From assembly GCA_965197745.1 (NCBI GenBank), contig CBDANS010000007.1, positions 1,440,001-1,504,000 of the forward strand: 64,000 bases of DNA, in the 5' to 3' direction. The translations under genes and the position numbers were made by a program. Positions 20,861 to 32,170 of the stretch are shown in pieces. Below the pieces are notes generated by a model that saw only the letters and a program-made list of their open reading frames with translations, was not told the origin of the DNA and ran no database searches. The first letter of the stretch is position 1. Each line of letters begins with the position of its first letter. This DNA is from Opitutales bacterium. GTDB lineage: Bacteria > Verrucomicrobiota > Verrucomicrobiia > Opitutales > PNEW01.

Positions 20861-20903
20861 AAAAAAGTGAACTATAAGGGGTGGAGCGTTATGCTGCAGT
20901 TTA

Positions 20904-21107
20904 TTATTTCAGTGATCTCAATAATTCTACTTTACTATCGTTAAACGGAACAAGCCCACAATTTCCCAAAGCCGTCCAACCGTTATTATTTTTAATAGTG
21001 TGATCGACACCACAATTCAACAACAGCTCAACTACACCTTCTTCTTTCGGAGAGGCTAAGATATGGGGCATGCCTTTTTCAATTTCTTCATGTATCATAT
21101 GTTTCAT
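20904..21107 (-). pseudogene. Chimeric fragment: MOSC-domain-like N-terminus joined to an ankyrin-repeat fragment
   Basis: EIEKGMPHILASPKEEG.VEL followed by LLNCGVDHTIKNNNGWTAL; only 67 aa. Confidence 0.45.
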
Positions 21108-21116
21108 CGTAAAGTC

Positions 21117-22202
21117 CTACTTTTCTAAATCATCGATTGCGATTTCCACCCGCCGCTTCTCCGCCGCCGATTGAAAACAGGTATCGAGTATTGCCATCGT
21201 TTTCAAGTTGTCGCGACCACTGTTAGGTGACGGAACTCCGGTTTCAATAGCATCCAGGAGCAGCGCCATATTTTTCCCATAAGAGGCGATGAAATCGCGT
21301 TTTAATGACCATTTATCTTCCCCCTCGCTGCTGCGATAAATAACATCCGTGTAGTTCGGATGAATCAGACTCCCTCCTGTGCCGTCAAACTGCCGAAATT
21401 TAAATGCCCCACGCCCATGCGAAGTCGAAGACTGGATGAGGTTCGCAATCGTCCCTTTGCGAAATTCAATGAGGGCTGAACTTTCACACCGGCCGTTCTC
21501 GTTCTTAGTAGTAAAAGGTTCTGTCTTCAAAACACAGCTCGCCGCTATCGGTTCGTCAGATAATAGCCAACGTAAAAGATCCATATAGTGAACACCCATT
21601 TCAGCCAAAGCATAATAACGGGTATCCGTTTCCATTTCAACGACGTGATCGCGCCATTCGCAATCATTGATAATGACAAATGTAGGTCTTCCTATCCGCC
21701 CTTCTTTAATTAATTGTCGCGAATGCGACATTTGTTCTTTCCAACGATAGTTCTGACCCACAGCGATCTGCAGGTTTAATTTTTCTGCCAATTCGACAAT
21801 CGTTCGCGCTTCAGACAGCGTTGGGGCGAGTGGTTTTTCAATCATCAGATGTTTTCCCGCTTCAAGCAGAGGAATTATTACTTCGTTGCGGACCGATGCC
21901 TGTGTCATTACCACCACCACATTTACATCATCACAGGCAGCGAAATCGGAGAGATCATTAAAGCGCAGCGGAATCTTGTAGTCTTTTTGGTACTTGTCGC
22001 AAAAATGGTTGAGTCTTTGTTCATTATTGTCACAAGCAGCCACCACGCGGGCGCGATCCGTCAGTCCGGCAAAATCATTTTTGCGATCAAGGGCAGTGCC
22101 GTCGGAATGTAAAGGCTCAATGCCAGTAAAAGCGCTGATATGGATATTCGCAATACTGCCACATCCCAACAAACCTATTCCATATAAATTATCTTTTCCC
22201 AT
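21117..22202 (-). CDS. Gfo/Idh/MocA family oxidoreductase
   Basis: GLLGCGSIA, AGKHLMIEKP, GVHYMDL. Confidence 0.92.
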   Translation of the reverse strand: MGKDNLYGIGLLGCGSIANIHISAFTGIEPLHSDGTALDRKNDFAGLTDRARVVAACDNNEQRLNHFCDKYQKDYKIPLRFNDLSDFAACDDVNVVVVMTQASVRNEVIIPLLEAGKHLMIEKPLAPTLSEARTIVELAEKLNLQIAVGQNYRWKEQMSHSRQLIKEGRIGRPTFVIINDCEWRDHVVEMETDTRYYALAEMGVHYMDLLRWLLSDEPIAASCVLKTEPFTTKNENGRCESSALIEFRKGTIANLIQSSTSHGRGAFKFRQFDGTGGSLIHPNYTDVIYRSSEGEDKWSLKRDFIASYGKNMALLLDAIETGVPSPNSGRDNLKTMAILDTCFQSAAEKRRVEIAIDDLEK

Positions 22203-22888
22203 GGGTGAAAAATTTATCTTCTTTAGTCGTTAAGTTCAGCATGAACAGACAAAAAGCCATGACCACAAATAAAATAATCTCAAGAGGATGGAATGCGGCC
22301 AAAAAAATTGGAAAAGAGAAATAATAAATGGATAATTCAGTGAATTCCAAGTTGCTGTTCTCAAATAAATTTATTGCTCAAGTTCATTTCAAAACTTGAA
22401 ATCCGCCCTTTAAGTTTATCTCACCCATGATCAATACCCCTATAGTTATGCATAGAAACAAATGACTATCACATCTGCAAACATTTCCGTTCCAACTCAC
22501 GTTTTCTTATTTATCCATTACCTTGTATACGGCGGAGGTGTTTAATGAGAGGGTTTTGATGGGCTGGGGTATATCTAGAATCACCTTCTAATCAAAACGA
22601 TTTCTAGAGGCAATTAAGCTTCAATATGCGAGCGCCTCCACTCATCTTGTTAGATAAGATGAATTTAAGATATTGACCATCTAGTTATGATATTAGCAAT
22701 CTTCAGGGCACTATTTTTCACTTTATTTCTCCTTCCAGTTAGCGTTCTAGCTAACGAAATTAGCCTATACAATTCAAAGGGTGCAGCTGTCGCATACATT
22801 GATACTGAAGATGAATTGAATATTTACTTGTGGGCTGGGTAACTCTCTCACTTAATAATTGGTACGAAAAACGGGGTCCGATCATATA

Positions 22889-23842
22889 ATGAAAGCGCTT
22901 ATCACCAGACTCACTGCAGACAACCAAAGAGAGGGAGTATTAGTAACGGATTGGCCGGATCCGGGAAAGCCGGTCGGTAACCAGATAAGAACAAAGACCG
23001 TTTACTCCGGCGTCACTAATGGTACTGAACGCAATTTCCTCGTGCGGGGAAACTATGCGCCCAAGGACACATCCCTTCCCTGCAGCATGGGTTATCAGAT
23101 GATCGCGCGCGTGATTGAGACGGGACCCGATGTTAAACAATGGAAAGTGGACCAGCTTTTATACATGGCAACCCCGCACGCGGAGTATACTGTTGTTCCG
23201 GAAGATGCCAAACTGATCGAGGTTCCACCCGAGATAGACCCGAAACACGCCGCTCTCTTCGGAATGGCCAGCGTGGCGATGAACACCTGTCGCACTATCG
23301 ATGTGCGAATGGGTGAGCGCGTGCTGATTGTTGGACTGGGGTGTATTGGACAGATCGCCTCGCAGATTGCAAACTCGATGGGAGCAAAGGTGACCACCTG
23401 CGATATCGATCAAAATCGAATAGATCTCGCCCGCAAGATCGGAGCTGCGGAAGAAGTTTACAACGTATCGGGAGAAAACTGGAGTAAGCATATCCTCGAT
23501 GATTCGTATGATGTGGTTATTGATGTTGCCGGTGTGCCGGATATGGAGGATAAGTTTATCCACGCGATCAGGATAAAGGGCCGGATAATTCTCATGGGCG
23601 GCCGCTTTAAAGTAAATTACACATTTGGCGAGGGGCAGAATAAAGAACTGACGATTAAGCAAACCGGCAGTTTCAGCGGAGATGATCTTGCCAACCTGTC
23701 ACGGATGGTCCAGCGAAGCGCAGTAAAGATTGGTCCATTGATCCGCGATGTCGTTACTCTCGACGACGCAGGTAGAATTTACGAAAAATTACGCGATAGA
23801 CCGCACGAACTTCTCGGGACCGTTTTCTCTTGGCAGGAGTAA
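22889..23842 (+). CDS. MDR/zinc-binding alcohol dehydrogenase-like protein
   Basis: SGVTNGTE, GYQ, VGLGCIG Rossmann motif; start taken at ATG 22889. Confidence 0.85.
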   Translation: MKALITRLTADNQREGVLVTDWPDPGKPVGNQIRTKTVYSGVTNGTERNFLVRGNYAPKDTSLPCSMGYQMIARVIETGPDVKQWKVDQLLYMATPHAEYTVVPEDAKLIEVPPEIDPKHAALFGMASVAMNTCRTIDVRMGERVLIVGLGCIGQIASQIANSMGAKVTTCDIDQNRIDLARKIGAAEEVYNVSGENWSKHILDDSYDVVIDVAGVPDMEDKFIHAIRIKGRIILMGGRFKVNYTFGEGQNKELTIKQTGSFSGDDLANLSRMVQRSAVKIGPLIRDVVTLDDAGRIYEKLRDRPHELLGTVFSWQE

Positions 23843-23892
23843 TTCCTTAGGGCTGGATTTTTTATTGCATACTATGAACAATGAAGCTGTAG

Positions 23893-24567
23893 ATGGCTAA
23901 CAAAAATCAGAAAGAGGAAAAAATTAAAACCGCCGTTGTTACGGGTGTGCATTCATTTGATGTTCCCACCTTTCACGCCGTCTTTCGCAGTATGCCCGAG
24001 GTGGATTTTTATCCTCAGGATTTAAACGACTTTGTCGCCAACCGCGAAAACGCATACGAACAGTACGACGTCGTGGTATTCTATATCTTCCACCAACCTA
24101 CCCCGGGCCATGAATACCGCTGGTATGAAAAGGGAAGAAAGGAAGCGTTGGAAAAACTGGGTGAAACCGAACAGGGCATTTTCGTGCTCCACCACGCTAT
24201 CCTCGCCTTTCCCGATTGGCTGTTCTGGTCTGAAATCTGCGGCATTGAGGATCGTCATATGATCAGTTCTACGGCGGGTGAAACGATGAACTTTGAAATT
24301 GCTAACTCAGATCACCCCATCACTCAGGGCCTCTCCAATTGGGAAATGGTGGAAGAACCTTATGAGATGAATGATGCGGGTGATGGTTCTGATATTCTTA
24401 TAACAGCAAATCATCCCAAGAGTATGAAAACGATTGCTTGGGCACGGAACTTTAAGAAGGCCCGGGTTTTCTGCTACCAGTCCGGCCATGATAACACCGC
24501 CTTTTCCCACCCTCAATTCCGCACCATTGTCTCTCGCGGTATCCAGTGGGTGGCGGGAAGGATTTGA
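23893..24567 (+). CDS. ThuA-like (class I GATase-like) domain protein
   Basis: TG.HSFD, HPITQGL..W...EEPY, RVF..QSGHD, GIQW.AG. Confidence 0.85.
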   Translation: MANKNQKEEKIKTAVVTGVHSFDVPTFHAVFRSMPEVDFYPQDLNDFVANRENAYEQYDVVVFYIFHQPTPGHEYRWYEKGRKEALEKLGETEQGIFVLHHAILAFPDWLFWSEICGIEDRHMISSTAGETMNFEIANSDHPITQGLSNWEMVEEPYEMNDAGDGSDILITANHPKSMKTIAWARNFKKARVFCYQSGHDNTAFSHPQFRTIVSRGIQWVAGRI

Positions 24568-24700
24568 CCTCGTTGCGCATCATCTGATATTTCCTAGATT
24601 AATCCTTAATTAAAATGAGGTGTTCTCTACCGGTATTTATCCAATGCTGAGTGTCTGTAACTGTGTGAAATGTGTAAAACAGGGCTTAAAAAAAAATAGT

Positions 24701-24728
24701 GGGTTCGAATCCCTCCCTCTCCGCCATT
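24701..24728 (+). other. Duplicated tRNA-Ser 3' end (att-like site)
   Basis: gggttcgaatccctccctctccgccatt resembles the tRNA-Ser 3' end; lies 55 bp upstream of the integrase. Confidence 0.85.
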
Positions 24729-24783
24729 ATATATTGACAATTTGTCAATATTTGCTAATTATAATTAGCAATTTTTAATTTAG

Positions 24784-26013
24784 ATGGCAAAACAGAGATT
24801 TAAGATCACCAAGTTTATCAACCCGAGTGGCTCAGAAGCCTGGCGCTTATCCGGAACCCTGAATGGTAAGCAAATACGTAAGAATTTCAAGTCCCGCAAC
24901 GATGCCGTCGCCGAGCGTCAACAGTTATCAATCCGCTATTTAAACGAACAATCCGAAGGGCAGACCGTTTGGACAACCCTGACCCACGGGCAGAATAAAG
25001 AGTCCATTTCAGCTATTAATCTTCTCAACCAAGCCAAGTCCAATAAGTCTCTCACCTTCGCTGTTAACTATTTTTTAGGGCATTATAAAGAAGCTGCTGA
25101 GACAATGACCGTCGAAGAGGCCGTTCGGGAGTATTGCGATCATAAATCCAAGGAAATGGAGCGTGGGATCATCTCATTTTGCCAGGAGCAGGGCATAACT
25201 CGTGAGATGAAAAAATTAAAGGGTATTTTCGCGGGACGGATCGTTAACGAAATTCAACCTGCTGAGCTTAATACTTACCTCGACACACGACACCATCGCT
25301 CAAAAGAAGTGCTCTCCCTTAAAACCTGGAATAACCGCCGAGGATACCTAAGCACTTTCTTCAAATACTGCGTGTCAAAGAAATATGTGGGAGAAAACCC
25401 GATCCTGGAAGTTCCCCAGTATAAAATAAAGCAACGCAGGGGTAGCGCAGAGATTCTCTCTGCTAATGAAGCATCCGAATTGATGGAGTGGCTGGAAACT
25501 TATCGTGGAAAGCAGAACAAGGACGGATCCTGGTGGGGTGAATCCGGGTGCATGGTTCCCTATTTTGCATTAGCCCTGTTTGCAGGAATCAGGCCCGACT
25601 GGGAGCACGGTGAAATGGGCAAACTCAAATCCAAGCACATCCGTATGGATACCGGGGTTATCCTTATCGAACCGGAGGTCTCGAAAGTTAAGGAAAAGCG
25701 TGCCATTAAAATCCAACCCAACCTTAGTCTGTGGCTGCAGAAGTATCCTCTTTCTATATACCCAATCATCCCAGCAAGGAGATTCAGTGACATGTGGGCT
25801 CATGTCCGAAAAGAGCACAAACTTTATCAGAATGTCCTTCGTCATACCTATATATCGATGACGGTGGGGTCCTTCCGCTCGGTAGGAGACGCCGCCCTTC
25901 AGGCGGGTAACTCTGAATCCGTGATCCGCAAATACTATCTCGACCTGGTAACTAAAGAGGAAGCGGATCGCTTCTGGCAGATAGTCCCACTGAGCGATCA
26001 ATTAGTTCGGTAA
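24784..26013 (+). CDS. Tyrosine recombinase / phage-type integrase
   Basis: TWNNRR..LS.FF core-binding region; ALFAGIRP (R), SKVK (K), LRHTYIS (R), GNS, KYY (Y). Confidence 0.9.
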   Translation: MAKQRFKITKFINPSGSEAWRLSGTLNGKQIRKNFKSRNDAVAERQQLSIRYLNEQSEGQTVWTTLTHGQNKESISAINLLNQAKSNKSLTFAVNYFLGHYKEAAETMTVEEAVREYCDHKSKEMERGIISFCQEQGITREMKKLKGIFAGRIVNEIQPAELNTYLDTRHHRSKEVLSLKTWNNRRGYLSTFFKYCVSKKYVGENPILEVPQYKIKQRRGSAEILSANEASELMEWLETYRGKQNKDGSWWGESGCMVPYFALALFAGIRPDWEHGEMGKLKSKHIRMDTGVILIEPEVSKVKEKRAIKIQPNLSLWLQKYPLSIYPIIPARRFSDMWAHVRKEHKLYQNVLRHTYISMTVGSFRSVGDAALQAGNSESVIRKYYLDLVTKEEADRFWQIVPLSDQLVR

Positions 26014-26032
26014 GCTTAATAAAATAGGGGGG

Positions 26033-27343
26033 TGATCGAGTTACGTAAACTGGTCCACCGAGAGAGTTAGTCTGGAGAGGTTAATGTTGAAGTTAAGTTG
26101 GTAGAGGAAGTCAAGGCTTGGGTGCAATGAGGGCGTAGCCCGAATGGAAGCCCGAGCCTTTGGTATTGATGTCTTCAGCAAAGCGCCGTGGGGTGACATT
26201 GCCGAGGCTGCGATGGGGGAGGACATGATTGTAAAGCCAGCGCCAATCTTCGATCACCACACGTGCTTCGGTTAAAGTCCATAACTGTACACGGTTTAAA
26301 CACTCCTCGCGAAAACGGGCATGGAAAGATTCGATGTATCCGTTCTGCCAAGGACTTCCTGGTTCGATATAGAGGGGTTTTATTTTCATCGCAGCTAGCT
26401 AAGCTCGCAATTCCCTTTCAATGAACTAGGAACCATTGTCGCTGCGAATATATTGTGGCGGTCCATGCCTCTCGATCAATTTTTGCATGATACCGCGAAC
26501 GGGTTCCGTGTTGATATGGCGATCGACATGGATCACCGGACATTTGCGGGTGTACTCGTCGAGGATGGTCAGCATTTTGAGACTCCCACCGCGGACAGTT
26601 TTATCGTGGATAAAGTCCCAAGTCCAAACATGGTCGGGATGTTCCGCTTTTGTCTGCAGGCCGGTGGAGACACCCCTGCGTCGGTGTCTTGGCTTGCGTT
26701 GGGGGATCGCCAAGCTCAGTTCACGTCGCAGACCTTGCACGAGACGTTTACCCACCTGCCAGCCTTCGTCTTTCAACAGCTTCGTGATCTTCGGATAGCC
26801 CCACCTCGCGTATTGCCGTGATAACCGCCTAACTGCCGCCTTCAGTTTCGTTAGCCAGGCATCCGGATACTTCGCCCGATACGCATAGGTGGAGCGGTGC
26901 AGGTGAAAGTATCGGCACGCTCCACGCATCGAACACTGGCCCCGGGCCACAAGTCTCTCTGTCACTTGCCGCTTGTGCCCAGGGCGTACTACCGAGCTTA
27001 AGCGACATCTACCATTTTTTTTCAAGCGTCTCCTGCAGCATCTCTATCCCCAGCAGCTTGTCCGCCAGCATCCGTTTTAACCGTGCGTTCTCTTTCAAAG
27101 AGCTCCTTCATCCGCTAAGCCTGGTTGACATCAATCATCCCAAACTCACGTTTCCAACGGTGGAAGGTCTGTTCGCTGAGGTTATTCCCCCGGCACACTT
27201 CCTGGATCGATTTACCCCTGTCTGCTTGCCGCAATATACGTATCTTCTCTTCGGTGGTGTATCTTTTGCCTTTCATTGTCTGAGTCCTTTCTAGGTGCCC
27301 CAGACTAACTTTTCAAGTGGACCAGTTTTCGTGGTCTCGACCA
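26033..27343 (-). mobile_element. IS3-family element, degenerate (copy 1)
   Basis: TG...CA terminal inverted repeats of ~26 bp; orfA MKGKRYT with premature TAG; orfB WTWDF...SDNGS* ...SPWQNGYIESF. Confidence 0.92.
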
Positions 27344-27652
27344 CGAGAAAATGGAAAAAGTCAGTAATGCCGACCAATCGCTTATCAGTGAGTTTTGCGT
27401 TTTATATGTGAAATGGCGAAAGGCTGAGAAACAGATTAAAAAAAGAGGGTATGACTTTTACATTACCCAATGGTACTATAAAAGCTAACCCCGTATGCCG
27501 AGTTGCTGAAAACGCCCAAAAACAATTATTAACCGTGCAAAAATAACTGGGTCTGACACAAGCAGCACGCGAGCGGCAAAAAATAAAACCGTTAGACGGT
27601 ACATCGGGCGATTGGACGACAAATTTTCTCAATAGCAACCGCCGTCGTTTAT
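27344..27652 (+). pseudogene. P27-family phage terminase small subunit remnant
   Basis: Translates ADQSLISEFCVLY..WR.AE..I /fs/ EGMTF..PNG..KANP...VAE.A.KQL....*LGLTQAARER; frameshift, stop and 5' truncation at the IS end. Confidence 0.65.
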
Positions 27653-27862
27653 AATATCGAAAAATAAATCTCAGGGGGATTATATTTTTCTCCCCGCAAT
27701 AACCAAGCCTTGCTAAAAGCCTGTTGGCTAATCTAATGTTAGGAAAAATAAATATTTTCTAACAAATCAATCCAGTGAACGCTAAAGCGCCACTGATTTC
27801 AATCGTTCGGAAAGAAGAGTCGTATGTGTCCACCTAAACGGCAAAGCTCACAGGACACAGCC

Positions 27863-29403
27863 ATGAAACCCAACATCGTTTTGCCTTCGCTGACGACTGG
27901 GGGCGATACGCCAGCGCGTACAGCAAGATCGAAGGTGAGGGATCCTTGAATACCTTGATCAAGACCCCTCACTTCGATCGTGTTGCAAGGGAAGGGGTCA
28001 TATTCACAAACGCTTTTGTTCCAGCACCTACCTGTACCCCGTGTCGAAGCGCTATCCTCTCAGGGCAGTATTTCTGGCAGACTGGACTGGGAGCCATTCT
28101 CCAGGGTGCCGTGTGGGACGAAAGCATACCTACCTATCCTTTGATACTCGAACAGGAGGGATACCATATTGGATACGCCTATAAGGTGTGATCTCCAGGA
28201 CGCGCGGTCAATGCCCCCTATGGCGGGGAGCGGACACGGTACGAACCGGCCGGAAACAACTTCCGACGGTTTTCTCACTTCGCCACCGGCAAGGTTCCAG
28301 AAATGGGAATCGAAGGAAGCAAGCAGACGCTTCTTGAGGAGACGCGTCAGAACTTCGATGCTTTACTAGGGGCCAGATCTGAGGGCAAACCGTTCTGCTA
28401 CTGGTGGGGGCCACAAAACACTCACCGCACCTGGGAGCGAGGCTCCGGCAAAGCCCTCTGGGGATTGGAGCCGGATGACCTGAAGGGCCGTCTACCTGCG
28501 TTCCTACCGGATGTAGACGAAGTCCGCGAGGACGTGTGCGATTACCTGGGCGAATGCCTGGCCGTGGATGCGGGACTGGGCGTCCTCCTAGAACGGCTTG
28601 AAGCCATTGGCGAGCTGGACGACACGCTCCTGGTCGTGAGCGGGGACCACGGGATTCCGGGGATTCCACGCGCCAAATGCAACCTGTATGATATTGGCTG
28701 CGAGGTGGCGCTTGCTGCACACTGGCCGGGCCGAATCCGGCCGGGCCGCGTCGTAGAAGATTTCATCAATCTGATGGACCTGGGCCCGACTTTCCTCGAA
28801 GCGGCTGGCGCGCGTGTTCCTGACAGCATGAGCGCCAGAAGCCTCATGCCCGTGTTTGAAAGCGACAAGAGTGGACAGATAGAGGACGACCGCACCTTCG
28901 TCGTCACAGGGCGCGAACGGCATGTCGCCGCGGCCCGTGAAGGCAACCTGCCCTATCCCCAACGTGCGATCCGAACACGGGACTTCCTTTACATTCACAA
29001 CTTCGCCCCGGACCGTTGGCCCATCGGCGACCCCTGCGGGCTGGATGACCCGACTACAGAAGCGCCGTCTTTTGAGAAGCTTTGCAACGATACCTATGCG
29101 GCGTATTCAGACATGGATGCCAGTCCGACAAAGGCCTGGATGATTCTTCATCGTACCGAAGAAAACGTGCAGGAGCTGTTTCGATTGGGTTTTGGCAAGC
29201 GTCCGAAAGAAGAACTCTATGATCTTCGTATCGATCCACATCACATGAACAATGTGGCCGGGGACGCGGTCTACAGCGACATCCAAAAGAAACTGGCCGC
29301 CAAACTGATACAGATCCTGCGCGAGAACAACGACCCACGCGTGGTGGAAGCTCAGTGTCGCTTTGAACACGAACCGTTCGCCGGTCCTCTACCGAAAGCA
29401 TAG
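27863..29403 (+). pseudogene. Sulfatase (N-sulfoglucosamine sulfohydrolase-like), frameshifted with premature TGA
   Basis: MKPNIV/fs/AFADDWG, CTPCR (CxPxR), TGA at 28189-28191, GDHG, EELYDL..DP. Confidence 0.85.
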
Positions 29404-29749
29404 AAATGCAATACTGCCTGCACGGAATCCGACATCCGAACAAGACGATTGATGCGACGCCCTGACGGCTGCGCATCATCCTAATCGTTATGGCCAAGAA
29501 AGACGATTGATATCTCGATGTTTGACAGCGAGCAACCACAGCGTTTTATCGCTTAAGTAGATAAAGGGTATACCCTCTGCCACCAAAATGCTCTCATCAC
29601 TCGTCAGCGTTCGAGAATGGTAAGCTAAGGATAGCGCATGGCGCAGTTGCAACCATCATTGATAGACAATATTCAGGGACAGTTTAGAAGTTCAACCCCG
29701 CTTGACATTAAAGCTATTTCTCTACTATTTATTCTTTAAAGGATCCCAA

Positions 29750-31963
29750 ATGCACTTTAGAAATCGTGTTTCTTATTTAATATTGTTAAATGCATTAATC
29801 TTACCGCTTCTTCTCTCAGCTCTTCCTCAAGACCTTGAGGTATTCACGGATTTTGAGGATATCAGCGGGGAAGGTGAATTTTTCATCGGCGAAGAGCCCA
29901 ACCGGATCAAGTTAGTCGGATTCACGGTAGAAACGCTGGAAGATCCGGCGCTCTTACACTCCGGAACAAAGGCGATAACCCTCGGACCTGGTCAGGAGGG
30001 GGTAATTGTATCGGAAAGAGGGATTCAACTGCTCCAATTCTATGCGGCCGAAAATACGGGAGCCGGCAGAATCGAGCCCAGAGGAAATATCGATTTAGAA
30101 CATTTCATTACTTTAATTTTAGCGGAAAATGGTATTGTCGAGGGTTTACCGACCAATATCAGTCCCAGTGCCAATCCCCCATTACAAAGCTTTGTCGCAG
30201 ACAGTGATATGTTCCTCGACTCAACCGATTTTGACTTTCTCGACGGCATTAAAGAATTAAAGATCAAAAATGTTTCAGGAAAATTCTCCCTTGACGATCT
30301 GGGTTTCACGATAACGGAAAGACCGTCTAATAACACCGTATTCACTTCTTTTGAGGAATACAGTATTGGTGCAGGAATAACGGAACCCATTGTTTTTGGG
30401 GAATCACCCAATAGTGCTACTTTTGAAGGTGGCTCGATTTTATCTATAGGAAATAGTCCGACGCGATCGGGAACTCAATCCTATGGGATTGCTAACGGAG
30501 AAAGCTTCACGGTAACTTTTGAAACTCCGGCATTTGAGATCGATGTTTTCGCCGCAACCATTATTTTGACTGGCACTACTGACCCTGATGGTTCAATTGA
30601 AGTTTACGATACTAATGATAACCTTCTTGCTGTCTTTACGGATTTAGAAAGTGAGGGGAGTCTTCCTTCTTTATTCAAACCCCGTCAAACTACAATCAAT
30701 ACGGTAGAGTTGGGAGCTCCAGGTGGCATTGACAGACTGCTTGTTAAGGACAATCCCAATGTAAATATAGCAAGAAGCGCAACAGTCTTCGATGATTTCG
30801 GTTTTACTCCCATTGGCGCACCGGGCACAGGTTCCGAGGGTCCTCCACCCGTTGATGCTCCATCCATAACCACCCAGCCCGCGAGCCAAGAAGTGCAGTC
30901 CGGCGCTTCAGCGAGCTTGTCTGTAACCGCCAGCGGCGATGATCTTACTTATCAGTGGTACACAGGCAATAGTGGTGACACATCGAATCCCGTCGCCGGA
31001 GCTACCGGCAGCATTCTAGACACCGGTGCGCTCACCGCGAGCACAAACTTCTGGGTTCAGGTAACTAACGCCGGAGGCAGCGCTGACAGCGACACCGCGG
31101 TGATTACCGTAGCCGCTCCTTCTGTCCCCCTCGTTCTCGACGGCTCAGGCGATATCGCCGGAGAAAACATTCAGCACCCGAATGGAAACGTCTTTGACCA
31201 GGTCTTGCTCACCGGGGAAAGCGTTCGGCTCCAGGCAAAACCCAATCAGATCACCCGCGTTTCCTTCATGGACGAAACCGAAGACATTGTACAGGTGGAG
31301 TTCTCAGGCGCAGGTACCTTTACTGTAACCCTGGACCCGGCCACCTTCCTGCCCCCGGCCATACCCCCGCGCTATAACCAGGCAGTAGAGTACGTGACGG
31401 GCAAACCCAGCGTGGTTATCGATGGAGCGGACTCCAGTACCTTCTTCAGTATCTTCACGGTGGGAAGAATTAACGCGGTGAACCAGGCGCTGTTCCCCGA
31501 GGGACAGGTCTATGACGCCCAGGCGGACGTGACCCTGGTGGAAGTGATCAACTCCACGGGAATGGGAGGGATGCAGTTATCGAACACGGTGTTCAGTGGA
31601 AGCACGGGCAAGGTGGGCGTGGATGCCAGAGGGGTACCGATCGGGGTACGCTTAACCGTAGGCGACATCGATGCTGATGGCGATGCAGTGCCGCATCTCT
31701 TATTCGGATCGGGATCGTTCACCGTGGCGGCGAACAATACCGGGTTGCGGATCACCGGAGGCGACCTGGCGCAGACGAATGGAGCCTCAATCGTCGTCGC
31801 GGAGAGCGGATCGACGACGACCGGCTTTGAAGAGGCCTTTATCTCCCAGAACAATTTCAAGTCCGACAACACGCCTCAACCGACACAGTCCGTAAACGCG
31901 ACTTTTGTTAATGAAGATGGTGAGGTGATTGCGGTGACCGTGAACGAGGAAACGATTGAGTGA
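29750..31963 (+). CDS. Secreted Ig-domain protein, paralog P1 of an expanded family
   Basis: Signal peptide ending ALPQ; two tandem N-terminal domains; Ig-like APSITTQP...YQWY; conserved C-domain HPNGNVFDQVLLTG...TIE. Confidence 0.88.
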   Translation: MHFRNRVSYLILLNALILPLLLSALPQDLEVFTDFEDISGEGEFFIGEEPNRIKLVGFTVETLEDPALLHSGTKAITLGPGQEGVIVSERGIQLLQFYAAENTGAGRIEPRGNIDLEHFITLILAENGIVEGLPTNISPSANPPLQSFVADSDMFLDSTDFDFLDGIKELKIKNVSGKFSLDDLGFTITERPSNNTVFTSFEEYSIGAGITEPIVFGESPNSATFEGGSILSIGNSPTRSGTQSYGIANGESFTVTFETPAFEIDVFAATIILTGTTDPDGSIEVYDTNDNLLAVFTDLESEGSLPSLFKPRQTTINTVELGAPGGIDRLLVKDNPNVNIARSATVFDDFGFTPIGAPGTGSEGPPPVDAPSITTQPASQEVQSGASASLSVTASGDDLTYQWYTGNSGDTSNPVAGATGSILDTGALTASTNFWVQVTNAGGSADSDTAVITVAAPSVPLVLDGSGDIAGENIQHPNGNVFDQVLLTGESVRLQAKPNQITRVSFMDETEDIVQVEFSGAGTFTVTLDPATFLPPAIPPRYNQAVEYVTGKPSVVIDGADSSTFFSIFTVGRINAVNQALFPEGQVYDAQADVTLVEVINSTGMGGMQLSNTVFSGSTGKVGVDARGVPIGVRLTVGDIDADGDAVPHLLFGSGSFTVAANNTGLRITGGDLAQTNGASIVVAESGSTTTGFEEAFISQNNFKSDNTPQPTQSVNATFVNEDGEVIAVTVNEETIE

Positions 31964-32170
31964 ATCGATTGCGGAATGCGGAATGCGGATTGACGGATGT
32001 CGGGCTTTGCCCTCGGTACGGATTGTATATTGAAGGGATTATGATGCGGTGTAGATGACGCATGTTGGAGGGCCACGCGTTGTCGTGGCCATGTAATACC
32101 TTACAATGTCATTGCGAGGAGCGTAACGATGACAAAGGGAGTCAATCGGCAGTTGAAAATTGTATCCATC

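Noticed and set aside
28189..28191. Stop-codon reassignment or selenocysteine read-through in the sulfatase and IS3
   Set aside because: TGA and TAG end many intact genes here; the internal stops replace different codons and co-occur with frameshifts
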